Assembly: GCA_016715995.1 (NCBI GenBank)
Contig: JADJXF010000009.1
Span: 318,436 to 382,435 of the forward strand
Length of the DNA: 64,000 nt
Source of the DNA: Flavobacteriales bacterium
GTDB taxonomy: Bacteria; Bacteroidota; Bacteroidia; Flavobacteriales_F; PHOS-HE28
Direction of reading: 5' to 3'
Part shown: one piece after another, positions 36,955 to 47,317 of the stretch
Position numbering within the stretch: the first letter of the stretch is position 1
How the letters are laid out: every line of letters starts with the position of its first letter
Program-made: the position numbers and the translations under genes
Notes under the pieces: generated by a model
The model's database searches: none
What the model was told of the DNA's origin: nothing
The model's input: the letters and a program-made list of their open reading frames with translations, nothing else

Positions 36955-37545
36955 ATGAAGAAGTACCTCGGCATCATCATCGGACTCGGATTCCTCGGCA
37001 TCATCGCCCTTTGGATCGGATCGTTCTACAACGGCACCGTCGCTGCCAATGAGCAAGTGGAGAAGGTCTGGGGCGATGTCCTCGTCCGCTACCAGGAACG
37101 GGCGGACAAGACCAAGAACCTGCTGGAGATCGTGAAGGGCGCTGCGGATTTCGAGCAGGAGACGCTCACGCAGGTGATCGAGGCGCGCTCCAAGGCCACC
37201 GGCATCAACCTCACCGCCGATCAGCTCACGCCGGAGAACCTCAAGGCCTTCGAGGATGCGCAGGCCCAGTTCACCGGCGCGCTCTCACGGCTGCTCGTCA
37301 CCATTGAGCGCTACCCTGACCTGAAGGCCGTTGCCGCGTTCCGCGATTTCCAAGCGCAGTATGAAGGCATGGAGAACCGCATCAGCGTGGAGCGCCGCAA
37401 GTTCAACGATGCGGTGCGGCTCTACAACCTGCGCATCAAGCGCTTCCCGGGCAACTTCTTGGCCGGCTTCTTCGGCTTCCCGGAGAAAGGCTACTTCCAG
37501 GCCGCCGAAGGCACCGAGAACGCGCCCGACATCTCGTTCAAGTGA
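36955..37545 (+). CDS. lemA: LemA-family protein
   Basis: MKKYLGIIIGLGFLGIIALWIGSFYN (N-terminal TM) ...VLVRYQERADKTKNLLEIVKG...RRKFNDAVRLYN. Confidence 0.85.
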   Translation: MKKYLGIIIGLGFLGIIALWIGSFYNGTVAANEQVEKVWGDVLVRYQERADKTKNLLEIVKGAADFEQETLTQVIEARSKATGINLTADQLTPENLKAFEDAQAQFTGALSRLLVTIERYPDLKAVAAFRDFQAQYEGMENRISVERRKFNDAVRLYNLRIKRFPGNFLAGFFGFPEKGYFQAAEGTENAPDISFK

Positions 37546-37991
37546 GCGTGCTCACGGCCGAGGAGTTCCTCACCGCCGAGGAGCAGAAGCAGGTGAAGGC
37601 GGCCATTCAGCAGGCCGAGAAGCGCACCTCGGGAGAGATTCGGGTCCATCTGGAGGACCACATCGACGAGGATGTCCTGGATCATGCCGCGTTCGTGTTC
37701 GAGGAACTGGGCATGCACCAAACACGCGACCGCAACGGTGTGCTCATTTACGTGTGCGTGGCCGACCGTCAGGCTGCGGTGATCGGCGACCAAGGCATCA
37801 ACGAACGCGTGCCGCCGCACTTCTGGAATGATGTGCTCGGCGTGCTGCAGCTGCATTTCGCTGCCGGTCGACGGGCGGAAGGCCTCTGTGAAGCGGTGGC
37901 CATGGTGGGGGAGAAGCTCATCGCCTTCCATCCGCTTCGTTCCGACGACAGCGACGAGTTGAGCAACGAGGTGAGCATCGGCAAGCGATGA
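37542..37991 (+). CDS. TPM-domain (TLP18.3/Psb32/MOLO-1) protein
   Basis: ...EIRVHLEDHIDEDVLDHAAFVFEELGMHQTRDRNGVLIYVCVADRQ.... GTG start overlapping the LemA stop. Confidence 0.8.
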   Translation: MSVLTAEEFLTAEEQKQVKAAIQQAEKRTSGEIRVHLEDHIDEDVLDHAAFVFEELGMHQTRDRNGVLIYVCVADRQAAVIGDQGINERVPPHFWNDVLGVLQLHFAAGRRAEGLCEAVAMVGEKLIAFHPLRSDDSDELSNEVSIGKR

Positions 37992-38797
37992 GGACCGCGC
38001 TCGCCACCGCATTCCTGCTGATCGTGCTCTCCGCGCAGGCCGCGCGATTTGATTGCTCCCTTTCGAGGCCCAGCGAGCGCGACCAGGACCGATTGCTGTG
38101 GACGTACACGGACCTGCTTTCCGCCGATGAGGCGCAGCGCATCGATGACCGTTTGACCGCTTTCGCGCGTGAGACGAGCAACCGCATCCTCGTCCTTATC
38201 GTGGATACCCTCTGCGGCACCAGCGATTCGGACTTGGCGTTCCGGATCGGGGAGGAATGGGGCCTTGGCGCCAAGGGCTTCGACAACGGCATCGTCTTCC
38301 TCATCAAGCCTACCGGAGGGCAGGGAGAGCGTAGGGTCTTCATCGCAACCGGCTACGGATTGGAGGGTGCCATCCCCGATGCCACGTGCAAGCAGATCAT
38401 CGAGAACGAGGTGATCCCGCGCTTCAAGCAGGGCCGCTTCGCCGATGGCATCGAGGCCGCGCTCAACGTTCTCATGCCCCTTGCCAAGGGCGAATTCGAC
38501 CACCGGAGCTACGGCCGCAAGAGCGTGCCTTGGGGCGTGGTGATCATGGTGCTGGTGGTCATTCTCATCGCCATATTCTCTTGGCGCGGACGCGTGAAGC
38601 GCTACGCACGGACCAACAGTTTGGACTTCTGGTCGGCCATGTGGCTGCTGAGCCAGATGGACCGCAAGCACTCCGGGCGCTGGCAAGGTGGGACCGGGGG
38701 CGGCGGCTTCCGCGGGTTCGGAGGCGGGGGAGGTGGCGGGTTCGGTGGTTTCGGCGGCGGCAGCTTCGGCGGTGGCGGCGCCGGTGGCAGTTGGTAG
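37988..38797 (+). CDS. TPM-domain (YgcG-like) membrane protein with a Gly-rich tail
   Basis: Signal MRTALATAFLLIVLSAQA, TPM core (...NRILVLIVDTL...GIVFLI...), a TM helix, then a GGGGFRGFGGGGGGGFGGFGGGSFGGGGAGGSW tail. LemA-TPM-TPM operon. Confidence 0.8.
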   Translation: MRTALATAFLLIVLSAQAARFDCSLSRPSERDQDRLLWTYTDLLSADEAQRIDDRLTAFARETSNRILVLIVDTLCGTSDSDLAFRIGEEWGLGAKGFDNGIVFLIKPTGGQGERRVFIATGYGLEGAIPDATCKQIIENEVIPRFKQGRFADGIEAALNVLMPLAKGEFDHRSYGRKSVPWGVVIMVLVVILIAIFSWRGRVKRYARTNSLDFWSAMWLLSQMDRKHSGRWQGGTGGGGFRGFGGGGGGGFGGFGGGSFGGGGAGGSW

Positions 38798-38879
38798 CAA
38801 GCATTGATGCGTTGCCTATCGGCATCATGAACCCCGACAACCGGCAACCGACAACAGACACCCGGCAACTGGGCTAGCA

Positions 38880-39620
38880 ATGGCGTTCAGCAAGTGGATC
38901 GGCGGCGGCCTCGGCTTCACCTTCGGTGGGCCTATCGGTGCCATCGTGGGCTTCGCCATCGGTGCGATGCTCGATCACATGAGCGGCGTCCCAACCGAGG
39001 AGATGCCGCCCATGCGCAGTCGGCCCGGCCCTGCCACCGGCGGCGACATGGCCATGAGCCTGGTGGTGCTCACGGCGGCATTGATGCGTGCCGATGGCCG
39101 CGTGACGCAGCGCGAACTGGACCATGTGCGGCGCTTCTTCGTGCAACAGTTCGGTGTGCAGCAGGCGGGCCAATTGCTCGTGGTCCTGCGCGATGTGCTG
39201 AAGCGCGAGATCCCCGTGCACGAGGTCTGCGAGCAGATGCGGCAGCACATGCCGCATCCGGTGCGCCTGCAGCTCATGCACTACCTCATCGGCCTGGCCC
39301 ACGCCGATGGCCAAGTGGACCGCAAGGAGTTCGAGGTGTTGCGCCGCATCGCGCACGGCCTGGGCATCAACGACAAGGACCTCGGCTCGCTCAGCGCCAT
39401 GTTCCGCACCGCTGACCCGTCAGCGGCTTACGACGTGCTGGAGATCACGCGCAGCGCCACCGACGACGATGTGAAGAAGGCCTACCGCCGCATGGCCATG
39501 AAGTACCACCCGGACAAGGTGGCCCAGCTCGGCGAGGAAGTGCAGAAGGCTGCCCACGAGAAGTTCAAGAAGGTGCAGGAGGCCTACGAGGCCATCCAGA
39601 AGGAGAGGGGGATGAAGTGA
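38880..39620 (+). CDS. DjlA-like co-chaperone (N-terminal TM, TerB-like domain, C-terminal J domain)
   Basis: MAFSKWIGGGLGFTFGGPIGAIVGFAIGAML (TM) ... AALMRADGRVTQRELDHVRRFF (TerB-like) ... DDDVKKAYRRMAMKYHPDK (J-domain HPD). Confidence 0.75.
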   Translation: MAFSKWIGGGLGFTFGGPIGAIVGFAIGAMLDHMSGVPTEEMPPMRSRPGPATGGDMAMSLVVLTAALMRADGRVTQRELDHVRRFFVQQFGVQQAGQLLVVLRDVLKREIPVHEVCEQMRQHMPHPVRLQLMHYLIGLAHADGQVDRKEFEVLRRIAHGLGINDKDLGSLSAMFRTADPSAAYDVLEITRSATDDDVKKAYRRMAMKYHPDKVAQLGEEVQKAAHEKFKKVQEAYEAIQKERGMK

Positions 39621-39723
39621 AGGGCTCGGGTGAACATTCAAGACACGAGTCCCCTGCCCTAGCTGAGCTTCAATCTTTTTAACGGCCCGGCCCGCCAAGC
39701 CCCACCGAAGGGCAACGGTTACA

Positions 39724-39731
39724 TTTGGCAC
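39724..39731 (+). promoter_or_regulatory. -7-like box TACATTTG
   Basis: Matches TAnnTTTG, 27 nt upstream of the PPIase ATG at 39759. Confidence 0.3.
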
Positions 39732-39758
39732 CCTTTCAATGACCTTATCCTCGGTCCG

Positions 39759-41918
39759 ATGACTTCGAAACGACTCTTGAGCACCGCCCTCGCTGGCCTA
39801 ATGGTGGTGGCCACCGTAGCGCAGAACGGCGCCTCCGACCCCGTGCTGATGACCGTTGACAGCCAGCCGGTGAAGCGTGCCGAATTCGAGGCCATCTACA
39901 AGAAGAACAATAAGGAGGCGGCGGTGACGAAGGAGGCCTTGGATGAGTACCTGGAGCTCTTCATCAACTACAAGCTGAAGGTGCGCGAGGCGGAGAAGCT
40001 GGGCATGGACACCATCGGCAAGTTCCGCAACGAACTCGACGGCTACCGCAAGCAGCTGGCGCGTCCGTACTTGATCGACCGCGAATTGAACGACGCGCTG
40101 CTGCGCGAGGCGTATGACCGCAGCCAGCAAGAGGTGCGGGCCAGCCACATCCTTGTGCAGGTGGCCGCCGATGCTTCACCGGAGGACACCTTGGCCGCAT
40201 GGAAGAAGCTCCAGGGCCTGCGCGAGCGGGTGATGAAGGGCGAGGATTTCGGCACGATCGCCCGGAGCAACAGCGATGACCCGAGTGCGGAGAAGAACGA
40301 CGGGGACCTCGGTTGGTTCAGCGCATTGCAGATGGTGTACCCATTCGAGAATGCGGCATACCTCACGCCGGTAGGTGAAGTAAGCCAGCCGGTGCGCACG
40401 CGCTTCGGCTACCACGTCCTGAAGGTGGCGGGCAAGCGCCCGGCGCGCGGCCAGGTGAAGGTGGCGCATGTGATGCTGCGCAGCACCGATACCGACACGC
40501 CCGAGAAGCAGGCGAACAGTGAGCAGCGGATCCGGGAGATCCACAAGCAGATCACCGAAGGGACGCTTTCCTTCGCCGATGCGGCCTTGAAGTACAGCGA
40601 GGACGAGAGTTCCAACACGAAAGGCGGCGAACTGGGCCAATTCGGAACGGGTAAGATGATCGAGGAGTTCGAGGACGCGGCCTTCTCATTGAAGCAGCCC
40701 GGCCAGATCGGCGAGCCGGTGAAATCACGCTTCGGCTGGCACATCATCAAGAGCATCGAGGTCATCCCGCCCGCGACTTACGACCAGGCCAAGGGCGAAC
40801 TGAAGAGCAAGATCGCGCGCGACAGCCGCGCCGAGATCACCCGCAAGGCCTTCCTGTCGAAGCTGAAGAAGGACTACGGCTTCATGACCTATCCAGGGAA
40901 CCTGAAGGCCGTGTACGCCATGGTGGACACCTCCATCTTCAAGAAAGGCACCGCCACTACGGATACCCTTATCCGCAAACAGGTGGTGGAAGGGCCCTAC
41001 GTGAAAGGCAAAGGGAAGAAGGCGGTACGCTACAAGCGCGAACTGGCCGGTGCGATCAGCGGCGGGCGAATGCTGGCCGTTCGGAGCCGTCCGTATGAGG
41101 AGATGACGCAGACCATGGACGATACCGTGGTGGTGCGCGAGGTGATGGAGGGCTGGGCCTATGACCGGAAGAAGGCCGCCAAGCTCTCCAAGCCGGTGTT
41201 CGCCTTCACCGGCAAGACCTTCACGCAGAAGGACCTTCTGGATCAGCTTGAGAACCGCCAGCGTCGCGAGCGCTCCACGCCAATCCCTGCGTACGTGGAC
41301 TCCCGGTTGAACGAATACGCCGAAGAGCGCATCCTCGCGTATGAGGACGAGAACCTCGAGGGCAAGTATGAGGATTTCCGCCTGCTGATGAAGGAATACC
41401 GCGATGGCATCCTGCTCTTCGAACTCACTGATCAGAAGGTATGGAGCAAGGCCGTGAAGGACAGTGCCGGGCTCGCGGAATTCCAGCAGTCCAACGCCGA
41501 CCGCTTCATGTGGCCCACGCGCTACGAGTGCGATGTGTACACCTGCGCCGATGCCAAGGTGGCCAAGCAAGTGCGCGGCCTCGTGAAGCAGGGCAAGCGC
41601 GGCAACGACCTCATGTCCGTGGTGAACAAGTCGAACGCCCTCGCCCTGAACATCGATAGTGGCACCTTCACCGAAGAGGACAAGCCCTTCCTGATAGGCC
41701 TGAGCGCGATTGGGCTGAGCAAGGACATCGCCCTTGATGGCCGTGTGGCGCTGGTGGACCTGAAGAAGATACTACCGCCTTCGCCGAAGACGCTGGATGA
41801 GGCGCGCGGCCTTATCACTGCCGCTTACCAGGACCAGTTGGAGAAGGATTGGGTGGCGGAGATGCGCGCCAAGTACCCGGTGACGGTGGACAAGGGTGTG
41901 CTCTATTCCATCAAGTGA
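39759..41918 (+). CDS. PpiC-type peptidyl-prolyl cis-trans isomerase (PpiD/SurA-like periplasmic chaperone), 719 aa
   Basis: Signal MTSKRLLSTALAGLMVVATVAQ. Two parvulin domains (RASHILVQV...GDLGWF...GYHVLKVAGKR; KVAHVMLRS...GELGQF...GWHIIKSIE). Confidence 0.85.
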   Translation: MTSKRLLSTALAGLMVVATVAQNGASDPVLMTVDSQPVKRAEFEAIYKKNNKEAAVTKEALDEYLELFINYKLKVREAEKLGMDTIGKFRNELDGYRKQLARPYLIDRELNDALLREAYDRSQQEVRASHILVQVAADASPEDTLAAWKKLQGLRERVMKGEDFGTIARSNSDDPSAEKNDGDLGWFSALQMVYPFENAAYLTPVGEVSQPVRTRFGYHVLKVAGKRPARGQVKVAHVMLRSTDTDTPEKQANSEQRIREIHKQITEGTLSFADAALKYSEDESSNTKGGELGQFGTGKMIEEFEDAAFSLKQPGQIGEPVKSRFGWHIIKSIEVIPPATYDQAKGELKSKIARDSRAEITRKAFLSKLKKDYGFMTYPGNLKAVYAMVDTSIFKKGTATTDTLIRKQVVEGPYVKGKGKKAVRYKRELAGAISGGRMLAVRSRPYEEMTQTMDDTVVVREVMEGWAYDRKKAAKLSKPVFAFTGKTFTQKDLLDQLENRQRRERSTPIPAYVDSRLNEYAEERILAYEDENLEGKYEDFRLLMKEYRDGILLFELTDQKVWSKAVKDSAGLAEFQQSNADRFMWPTRYECDVYTCADAKVAKQVRGLVKQGKRGNDLMSVVNKSNALALNIDSGTFTEEDKPFLIGLSAIGLSKDIALDGRVALVDLKKILPPSPKTLDEARGLITAAYQDQLEKDWVAEMRAKYPVTVDKGVLYSIK

Positions 41919-41928
41919 GGAGCGCTGC

Positions 41929-42772
41929 GGTGCGTCCGCGTTGTTCTTACGCGCTCCTGCTCGGATTGGCGCTGACCTCCTGCGGGGGCGATTCCTCGGA
42001 GGATGATCCGCCCATTGCGCGTGCCTACGACCAAGTGCTGCATTGGAGCGACCTGCGGCAGTTCATCCCCATCGGCACAGCGGCCGAGGACAGCGCGGCA
42101 ATGGCAGAGGCATACATCAATGCATGGATGCATCAACAGGTGGAACTGCACCATGCGGAGCTGAACCTGGCCCCTGATCGCAAAGGCTTCGAGAACGAGC
42201 TGCGCGACTACCGGAACTCATTGCTGATGCATGCCTATGAAGAGGAACTGGTGCGGCAGCGATTGGACACCAATATCAATGCCGAGGAGCTTGAAGCGTA
42301 CTACCACGAGCATGCGGGCGATTTCGACCTGGCCGATGACATCATGCGAGCACGCTGGTTCAAGGTGCCCGTGGACGACCGCCGCGCACTGAAGCGCTTG
42401 GAGAACCGGTTCATGAGCGGCAAGGCGGATGACATGCGCGAAGTGGAGATTGCCCTGGTGCAGCGTGGCATCACCATCATCGACCGGAGCGGGCAATGGA
42501 CCACCTTGGCCGAACTGCGCAATGAAGTGCCTGTTGAGGCGTTGCCAGGTGTGGGGCCCGAGGGCCGCCGCATCGTGATCCAAGCGCTTGAGGCGGCCTG
42601 GTTCCTTGACATACTCGAACTTCGCCCGCGCCATGCCCCATCGCCCATCGAGCTGGTTAGGCAAGACATCCGGACCATCCTACTTAACCGCCGCAAGCTC
42701 GACCTCATCGAGAAGATGCGAGAAGACCTCCTGAACGATGCCATCGCGAGCAAGAGCGTTGTGCGCTACTAG
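41929..42772 (+). CDS. SurA-N-like chaperone-domain lipoprotein (no parvulin domain)
   Basis: GTG start gives (M)RPRCSYALLLGLALTSC-GGDSS lipobox. Helical SurA_N-like body ...AEAYINAWMHQQVELHHAELN.... Confidence 0.6.
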
Positions 42773-44123
42773 GAAGGCCTGTGGCCTGTTCGCGCTCCTG
42801 CTGGCCGGGACGGCGACCGCACAGCCCACCGCGCTCACGATTGACGCGATCATCGCGGTGGTTGGGCGCGAAGCGGTGCTCCATTCCGATCTGGTTGTGC
42901 GCGTGGAGCAGGCCAAACAAGGCGGGGCAGAGGCGGGCAAGGCGCTGGAGTGCGACCTGCTGGAGGATGTGCTCTACGAGAAGCTCCTCTTGGAGCAGGC
43001 CAAACTCGACAGCGTAGAGAGCGACGACGCGCAGGTGGACGCGGAGCTTGACCGGCGGATCCGCTACTTCGTGCAGCAGATCGGCAGCGAGAAGAAACTG
43101 GAGGAGTTCTATGGCAAGTCCATCGCTGAGATCAAGGCCGACTTCCGTCAACAAGTGCGCGACCAACTGATGGTGCAGCAGATGCAGCAGCGCATCACGG
43201 CGGATGTGAACATCACGCCGCGTGAAGTGAAGCGCTTCTACGAGCGCATTCCGGAGGACAGCATCCCGCTCATCAGCGCGGAGGTGGAGCATGCTGTGAT
43301 CCTCCGGGTGCCTAAGCCAAGCGAGGACGAGGACCGGCGCGTGCGCCGCAAGATCGAGGAGCACCGTGAAGCAGTAGTCAACGGCACCAAAGAGTTCTGC
43401 ACCATCGCCATTCTTTACTCGGAGGATCCCGGCTCGGCCAAGGATTGCGGTGAATTGGGCATGGTGCCGCCAGGTGTGATGGTGCCTGAGTTCGATGCTG
43501 TTGCCGCCAGCCTGAAGGAAGGGGAGGTGTCCCAAGTGTTCAAGACCCAATACGGTTGGCATTTCATGCAGCTGATCGAGCGGCGAGGCGAACAGTACAA
43601 CGCGCGGCATGTGCTCATGCGGCCGGTGGTCACGCCAGCGGATTTGAATGGCGCCCGCGTGCTTCTGGACAGTGTCCGCACGGAGATCCTCGCTGGCCGG
43701 CTCACGTTCGAGAAAGCGGCTGTGGAATACAGCGACGATGAGGAGAGCCGTGGTCAGAACGGCATCTTGATCGAACCCAACGACAACTCCACGCGATGGG
43801 CGATAGGGGAGCTGGAACAACAGACCTTCTTCGTGCTGGACAAATTGAAGCCCGGTGAGATCGGCGAGCCGCAATTGGTCGTGCAGCCTGACGGCATGAA
43901 GGCCTATCGCTTGCTCAAGCTCATCTCCCGCACGGAGCCGCATCGGGCCAACCTGAAGGAAGATTATCGCCTGATCCAGCAGGCCGCTGAAGGCAAGCAG
44001 CGGTCGGAGCTGATTGATCGATGGATCAACGAGCACATCGGCTCCATCTACGTCCGCGTGGACGATGATCACTTGAGTTGCCCATTCAAATACACGTGGG
44101 TCACGCCTGTCACAGGGCAGTGA
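42738..44123 (+). CDS. surA: periplasmic chaperone / peptidyl-prolyl isomerase SurA
   Basis: Signal ...LFALLLAGTATAQP, SurA N-domain, parvulin domain (ARHVLMRP...), C-terminal domain. The start may lie a few codons downstream of the annotated ATG. Confidence 0.8.
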   Translation: MPSRARALCATRKACGLFALLLAGTATAQPTALTIDAIIAVVGREAVLHSDLVVRVEQAKQGGAEAGKALECDLLEDVLYEKLLLEQAKLDSVESDDAQVDAELDRRIRYFVQQIGSEKKLEEFYGKSIAEIKADFRQQVRDQLMVQQMQQRITADVNITPREVKRFYERIPEDSIPLISAEVEHAVILRVPKPSEDEDRRVRRKIEEHREAVVNGTKEFCTIAILYSEDPGSAKDCGELGMVPPGVMVPEFDAVAASLKEGEVSQVFKTQYGWHFMQLIERRGEQYNARHVLMRPVVTPADLNGARVLLDSVRTEILAGRLTFEKAAVEYSDDEESRGQNGILIEPNDNSTRWAIGELEQQTFFVLDKLKPGEIGEPQLVVQPDGMKAYRLLKLISRTEPHRANLKEDYRLIQQAAEGKQRSELIDRWINEHIGSIYVRVDDDHLSCPFKYTWVTPVTGQ

Positions 44124-44143
44124 CCGTTTCAACCATATCCCTC

Positions 44144-45109
44144 ATGAGCATCCCAACCGACGATGTGCGCAGCGTGGAGCTCTTCGGTGAGCGTTACCGC
44201 ACCCTGAAGCGCGAAGTGAACAAGGTCATCATCGGGCAGGACGCCGCCGTGGACCACGTCCTGCTGGGCATCTTCAGCCGGGGGCACTGCCTGCTGGTCG
44301 GTGTGCCAGGGTTGGCAAAGACGCTTTTGGTGAACACCGTGGCCAAGGCGCTGGGGCTCACCTTCAGCCGCATCCAGTTCACCCCGGACCTCATGCCCAG
44401 CGACATCATCGGTTCGGAGATCCTCGGCGAGGACCGTCGCTTCCGGTTCATCAAGGGGCCGCTCTTCGCCAACATCATCCTGGCCGATGAGATCAACCGG
44501 ACACCGCCCAAGACCCAGGCCGCTCTGCTGGAGGCGATGCAGGAACGCTCTGTCACCGCCGCCGGGCAGACCCTGCCGCTGCCTGAGCCCTTCTTCGTGC
44601 TGGCCACACAGAACCCCATCGAGCAGGAGGGAACCTATCCTTTGCCCGAGGCCCAGTTGGACCGCTTCATGTTCGACATCCGGGTGGATTACCCAAGCTT
44701 CAATGAAGAGTTGGCGGTAGTGAAAGCCACCACGAGCGATGCCCAAGCCGACGTGCAGCCGGTGTTGACCTCCGAGGAGATCCTGCACTACCAGCGGCTC
44801 GTCAGGCGTGTTCCCGTTGCGGACAATGTGCTCGAGTACGCGGTGCGGCTGGCAACCCGCACGCGGCCGGGTCAGTCAGGAACGCCAGCGATCATTGCCG
44901 ATCATGTGGCGTGGGGCGCTGGACCCCGGGCCTCGCAGTACTTGGTGATCGGCGCCAAGGCGCGCGCGCTGGCGCATGGCCGCTTCTCGCCGGACATCGC
45001 CGACGTGCAGGCTGTCGCACCGCCGATCCTCCGCCATCGCATCGTGCGCAACTACAAGGCGGAGGCCGAGGGAATCACCTCCGATCGCATCGTGGCCGAG
45101 TTGCTTTAG
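44144..45109 (+). CDS. MoxR-family AAA+ ATPase
   Basis: IIGQDAAVDHVLLGIFSRGHCLLVGVPGLAKT (Walker A) ... ILADEINRTPPKTQAALLEAMQE (Walker B/sensor). Confidence 0.9.
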   Translation: MSIPTDDVRSVELFGERYRTLKREVNKVIIGQDAAVDHVLLGIFSRGHCLLVGVPGLAKTLLVNTVAKALGLTFSRIQFTPDLMPSDIIGSEILGEDRRFRFIKGPLFANIILADEINRTPPKTQAALLEAMQERSVTAAGQTLPLPEPFFVLATQNPIEQEGTYPLPEAQLDRFMFDIRVDYPSFNEELAVVKATTSDAQADVQPVLTSEEILHYQRLVRRVPVADNVLEYAVRLATRTRPGQSGTPAIIADHVAWGAGPRASQYLVIGAKARALAHGRFSPDIADVQAVAPPILRHRIVRNYKAEAEGITSDRIVAELL

Positions 45110-45197
45110 CACGCTTTCGGCTGGCGCTGGTCAGCTGACTGCGCTCAAGTCGCATCCGGTGCGTGTTGCCATAGCTTTGGTGACTATTCCGCCCATC

Positions 45198-46013
45198 ATG
45201 ACGACATCATACGCGGCCAGGCCCTGCTCCATGCTGAGTGTCCTGTTAGGTTCCATGGCCTTCGCCCAGTTCCCGTTGGTGGACGTCAGCTTGGAACATG
45301 ATCAAGCCAACGACCAACTGAAGATCAGCCTTCGGGCCAATGACTTCGATTTCGGGGATATTGTGAGCAACATGGTCTTCACCGTCCGCTGGCTGGAATC
45401 CTCGCCAGCCACCCTGGGCTTCGGCACCAGCGAGTGGTGCCCATCACCCACCACGGCCTTGCCCTTGGCCCCATCTGCCATGGTTACACCAGGTAATGGA
45501 TTCAAGTATCGAACGTGGAACGCCATCGGCCTCGCTGCGCTTTCGGAGATCCAGGATAACGGCGGGTGCGGGCAGACCCTGCTAGCGGATACGTGGACGC
45601 AGGTCTTCACCATCGCGGTGAACAACGATCTGGGTGGCACGGTCTTCACGATCGCGGAAGACCAATACGCCATCGATAATAACCGAACGTTCTACGTGTC
45701 CTTGAATGGTCAGCCCAGCACGGGTAGCGTTTACACGTTCTCGACAATGGTGGCGCCAATCGCCCCGCAATCGCATCATGTCCTGTCCTTGTGGCCGAAT
45801 CCTTCGACTGGCCTGGTGATGGTGGATTGGAGCGCACACGCCCCAGCCATCATGGGCTTGGAAGTGCTCGATGCGACTGGACGTGTTGTGCGGAGATGGG
45901 GCGCCATTCCGCCACCGCGAACCCTAGACCTACAGGGCATTGGTGCCGGGGCTTATTACGTGCGAGCGATTGCTGGGGAAGAGGTATTCCAAGCACCCCT
46001 CGTCCTAGAGTGA
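45198..46013 (+). CDS. T9SS C-terminal-sorting-domain protein; its N-terminal domain is paralogous to the giant adhesin N-terminus
   Basis: Signal ...MLSVLLGSMAFAQ. VFTVRWLESSPATLGFGTSEWCPSP...YRTWNAIGL...GGCGQ...FYVSLNG parallels 50170-50540. C-terminus ...SLWPNPSTGLVMVDW...YYVRAIAGEEVFQAPLVLE. Confidence 0.75.
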   Translation: MTTSYAARPCSMLSVLLGSMAFAQFPLVDVSLEHDQANDQLKISLRANDFDFGDIVSNMVFTVRWLESSPATLGFGTSEWCPSPTTALPLAPSAMVTPGNGFKYRTWNAIGLAALSEIQDNGGCGQTLLADTWTQVFTIAVNNDLGGTVFTIAEDQYAIDNNRTFYVSLNGQPSTGSVYTFSTMVAPIAPQSHHVLSLWPNPSTGLVMVDWSAHAPAIMGLEVLDATGRVVRRWGAIPPPRTLDLQGIGAGAYYVRAIAGEEVFQAPLVLE

Positions 46014-47284
46014 TGGGAGGCCGTTCCAATCACCTTGGCTGGGTGCTCTTGGCCGGCCTGCTGCCGATGGCCAATGCCCGTGGTCAATTTTGGCAGGTCT
46101 TCGACATGGCCAATTCCGGTTTCCCCAGCAACACGGTGGTCGATATTGTCGTGGAGGCCAATGGTGATGCATGGGTCGCCACGGACTGGGGCTTATGTCG
46201 ACGCGAAGCAGGGGAGTGGAGCGTTCTCCAGACCTCGAACTCAGGACTCCCGGACAACTACTTGCGGTCGCTTGCCCTGGACCACGATGGGCGATTATGG
46301 GTTGGAACCTCGTTGGCTGGTGTGGCGGTCTATGACGGACAGGATTGGGTGGTTTACGACACCCAGAATTCACCCCTGCCGGATGACCAGGTCAACACGA
46401 TTCATGTGGACCACCAGGGTTGGGTCTGGCTCGGCACCGTTGGCGGATTGGCCTGCTTCACCGGCACCGAATGGCGCCTTTATGATTCCTCTCCAGCCAG
46501 CTTCAATGGTCGAATCCTGAATGGTGATCATGTCCTGGACATCGATACCCGGTCCGACGGGCTGGTGGTCTTGGGCATGCTGAATGGCGGCTTCCATTTC
46601 CTAACGGACACCTCCGTTCAGTATTTCACCACATTCAATTCAGGGTTCTTCGACAACACCCAACGTGCGGTTCTGCTCGATACCGTGGCCAATGAGCGCT
46701 GGCTCGCATGTCCGGCCGGTGGCCTCGTGCGCCAGATTGGCGACTGGTATGGCGGCACATGGTTCCAGTACACCTCTCTGAACTCCGATCTCCCCAGCAA
46801 TGCCCTGATGGATGTGGAGCGGGATGGTTCCGGCCGCCTTTGGTTGGCCGGTCAGGTCAGCGGCTTGATCCGCCGCGACCCGAATGACGCGTATGCTTCC
46901 TACTTGACATCGAATTCCGGGATTCCCGGCAATGAGCTGAATTGCGTCACGGTTGCCCCGGATGGCAGCATATGGGTGGGGACATTCATTGGCGGTGCTG
47001 GGCGGCTTGATGTGAGCACTGGAATCGGTTCAGCCGGACCCAGTAATCTGTCCATATCCCTTACTCCGGTGCCGAACGACGGGCATTTCAGGGTAGATGC
47101 CCCGTCCCACTCAAGAGTAGTTCGATGGGAGGTGATTGAGCCGCAAGGCCGGAATCTCCGTTCCGGAGCGACAGCCCACCTGAACGGATTGGAAGTGAAC
47201 CTCGGCGAGTGCGCTCCGGGTCTGTATTTCTTTCGGGCCGATGTGGACGGGAGTACAATTATCCTGCGGTTCGTGGTCCATTGA
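46013..47284 (+). CDS. beta-propeller (two-component-regulator-propeller-like) repeat protein with a T9SS C-terminal sorting domain
   Basis: Signal MGGRSNHLGWVLLAGLLPMANA. Repeated ...NSGLPDNYLRSLALDHDGRLWVGT.../...NSPLPDDQVNTIHVDHQGWVWLGT... blades. C-terminus ISLTPVPNDGHFRVD...GLYFFRADVDGSTIILRFVVH. Its ATG overlaps the upstream TGA. Confidence 0.75.
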   Translation: MGGRSNHLGWVLLAGLLPMANARGQFWQVFDMANSGFPSNTVVDIVVEANGDAWVATDWGLCRREAGEWSVLQTSNSGLPDNYLRSLALDHDGRLWVGTSLAGVAVYDGQDWVVYDTQNSPLPDDQVNTIHVDHQGWVWLGTVGGLACFTGTEWRLYDSSPASFNGRILNGDHVLDIDTRSDGLVVLGMLNGGFHFLTDTSVQYFTTFNSGFFDNTQRAVLLDTVANERWLACPAGGLVRQIGDWYGGTWFQYTSLNSDLPSNALMDVERDGSGRLWLAGQVSGLIRRDPNDAYASYLTSNSGIPGNELNCVTVAPDGSIWVGTFIGGAGRLDVSTGIGSAGPSNLSISLTPVPNDGHFRVDAPSHSRVVRWEVIEPQGRNLRSGATAHLNGLEVNLGECAPGLYFFRADVDGSTIILRFVVH

Positions 47285-47317
47285 CCATGCCATGGGCGTT
47301 CGGTATCTTGCGCGGCC

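Noticed and set aside
38565-38880. The Pro-rich 92-aa ORF 38602..38880 (…PPAPPPPKLPPPKPPNPPPPPPPNPRKPPPPVPP…) and the neighbouring Arg-rich ORFs.
   Set aside because: They are the antisense reading of the Gly-rich (GGC/GGT-repeat) tail of the TPM-domain gene. Poly-Gly on one strand gives poly-Pro on the other.
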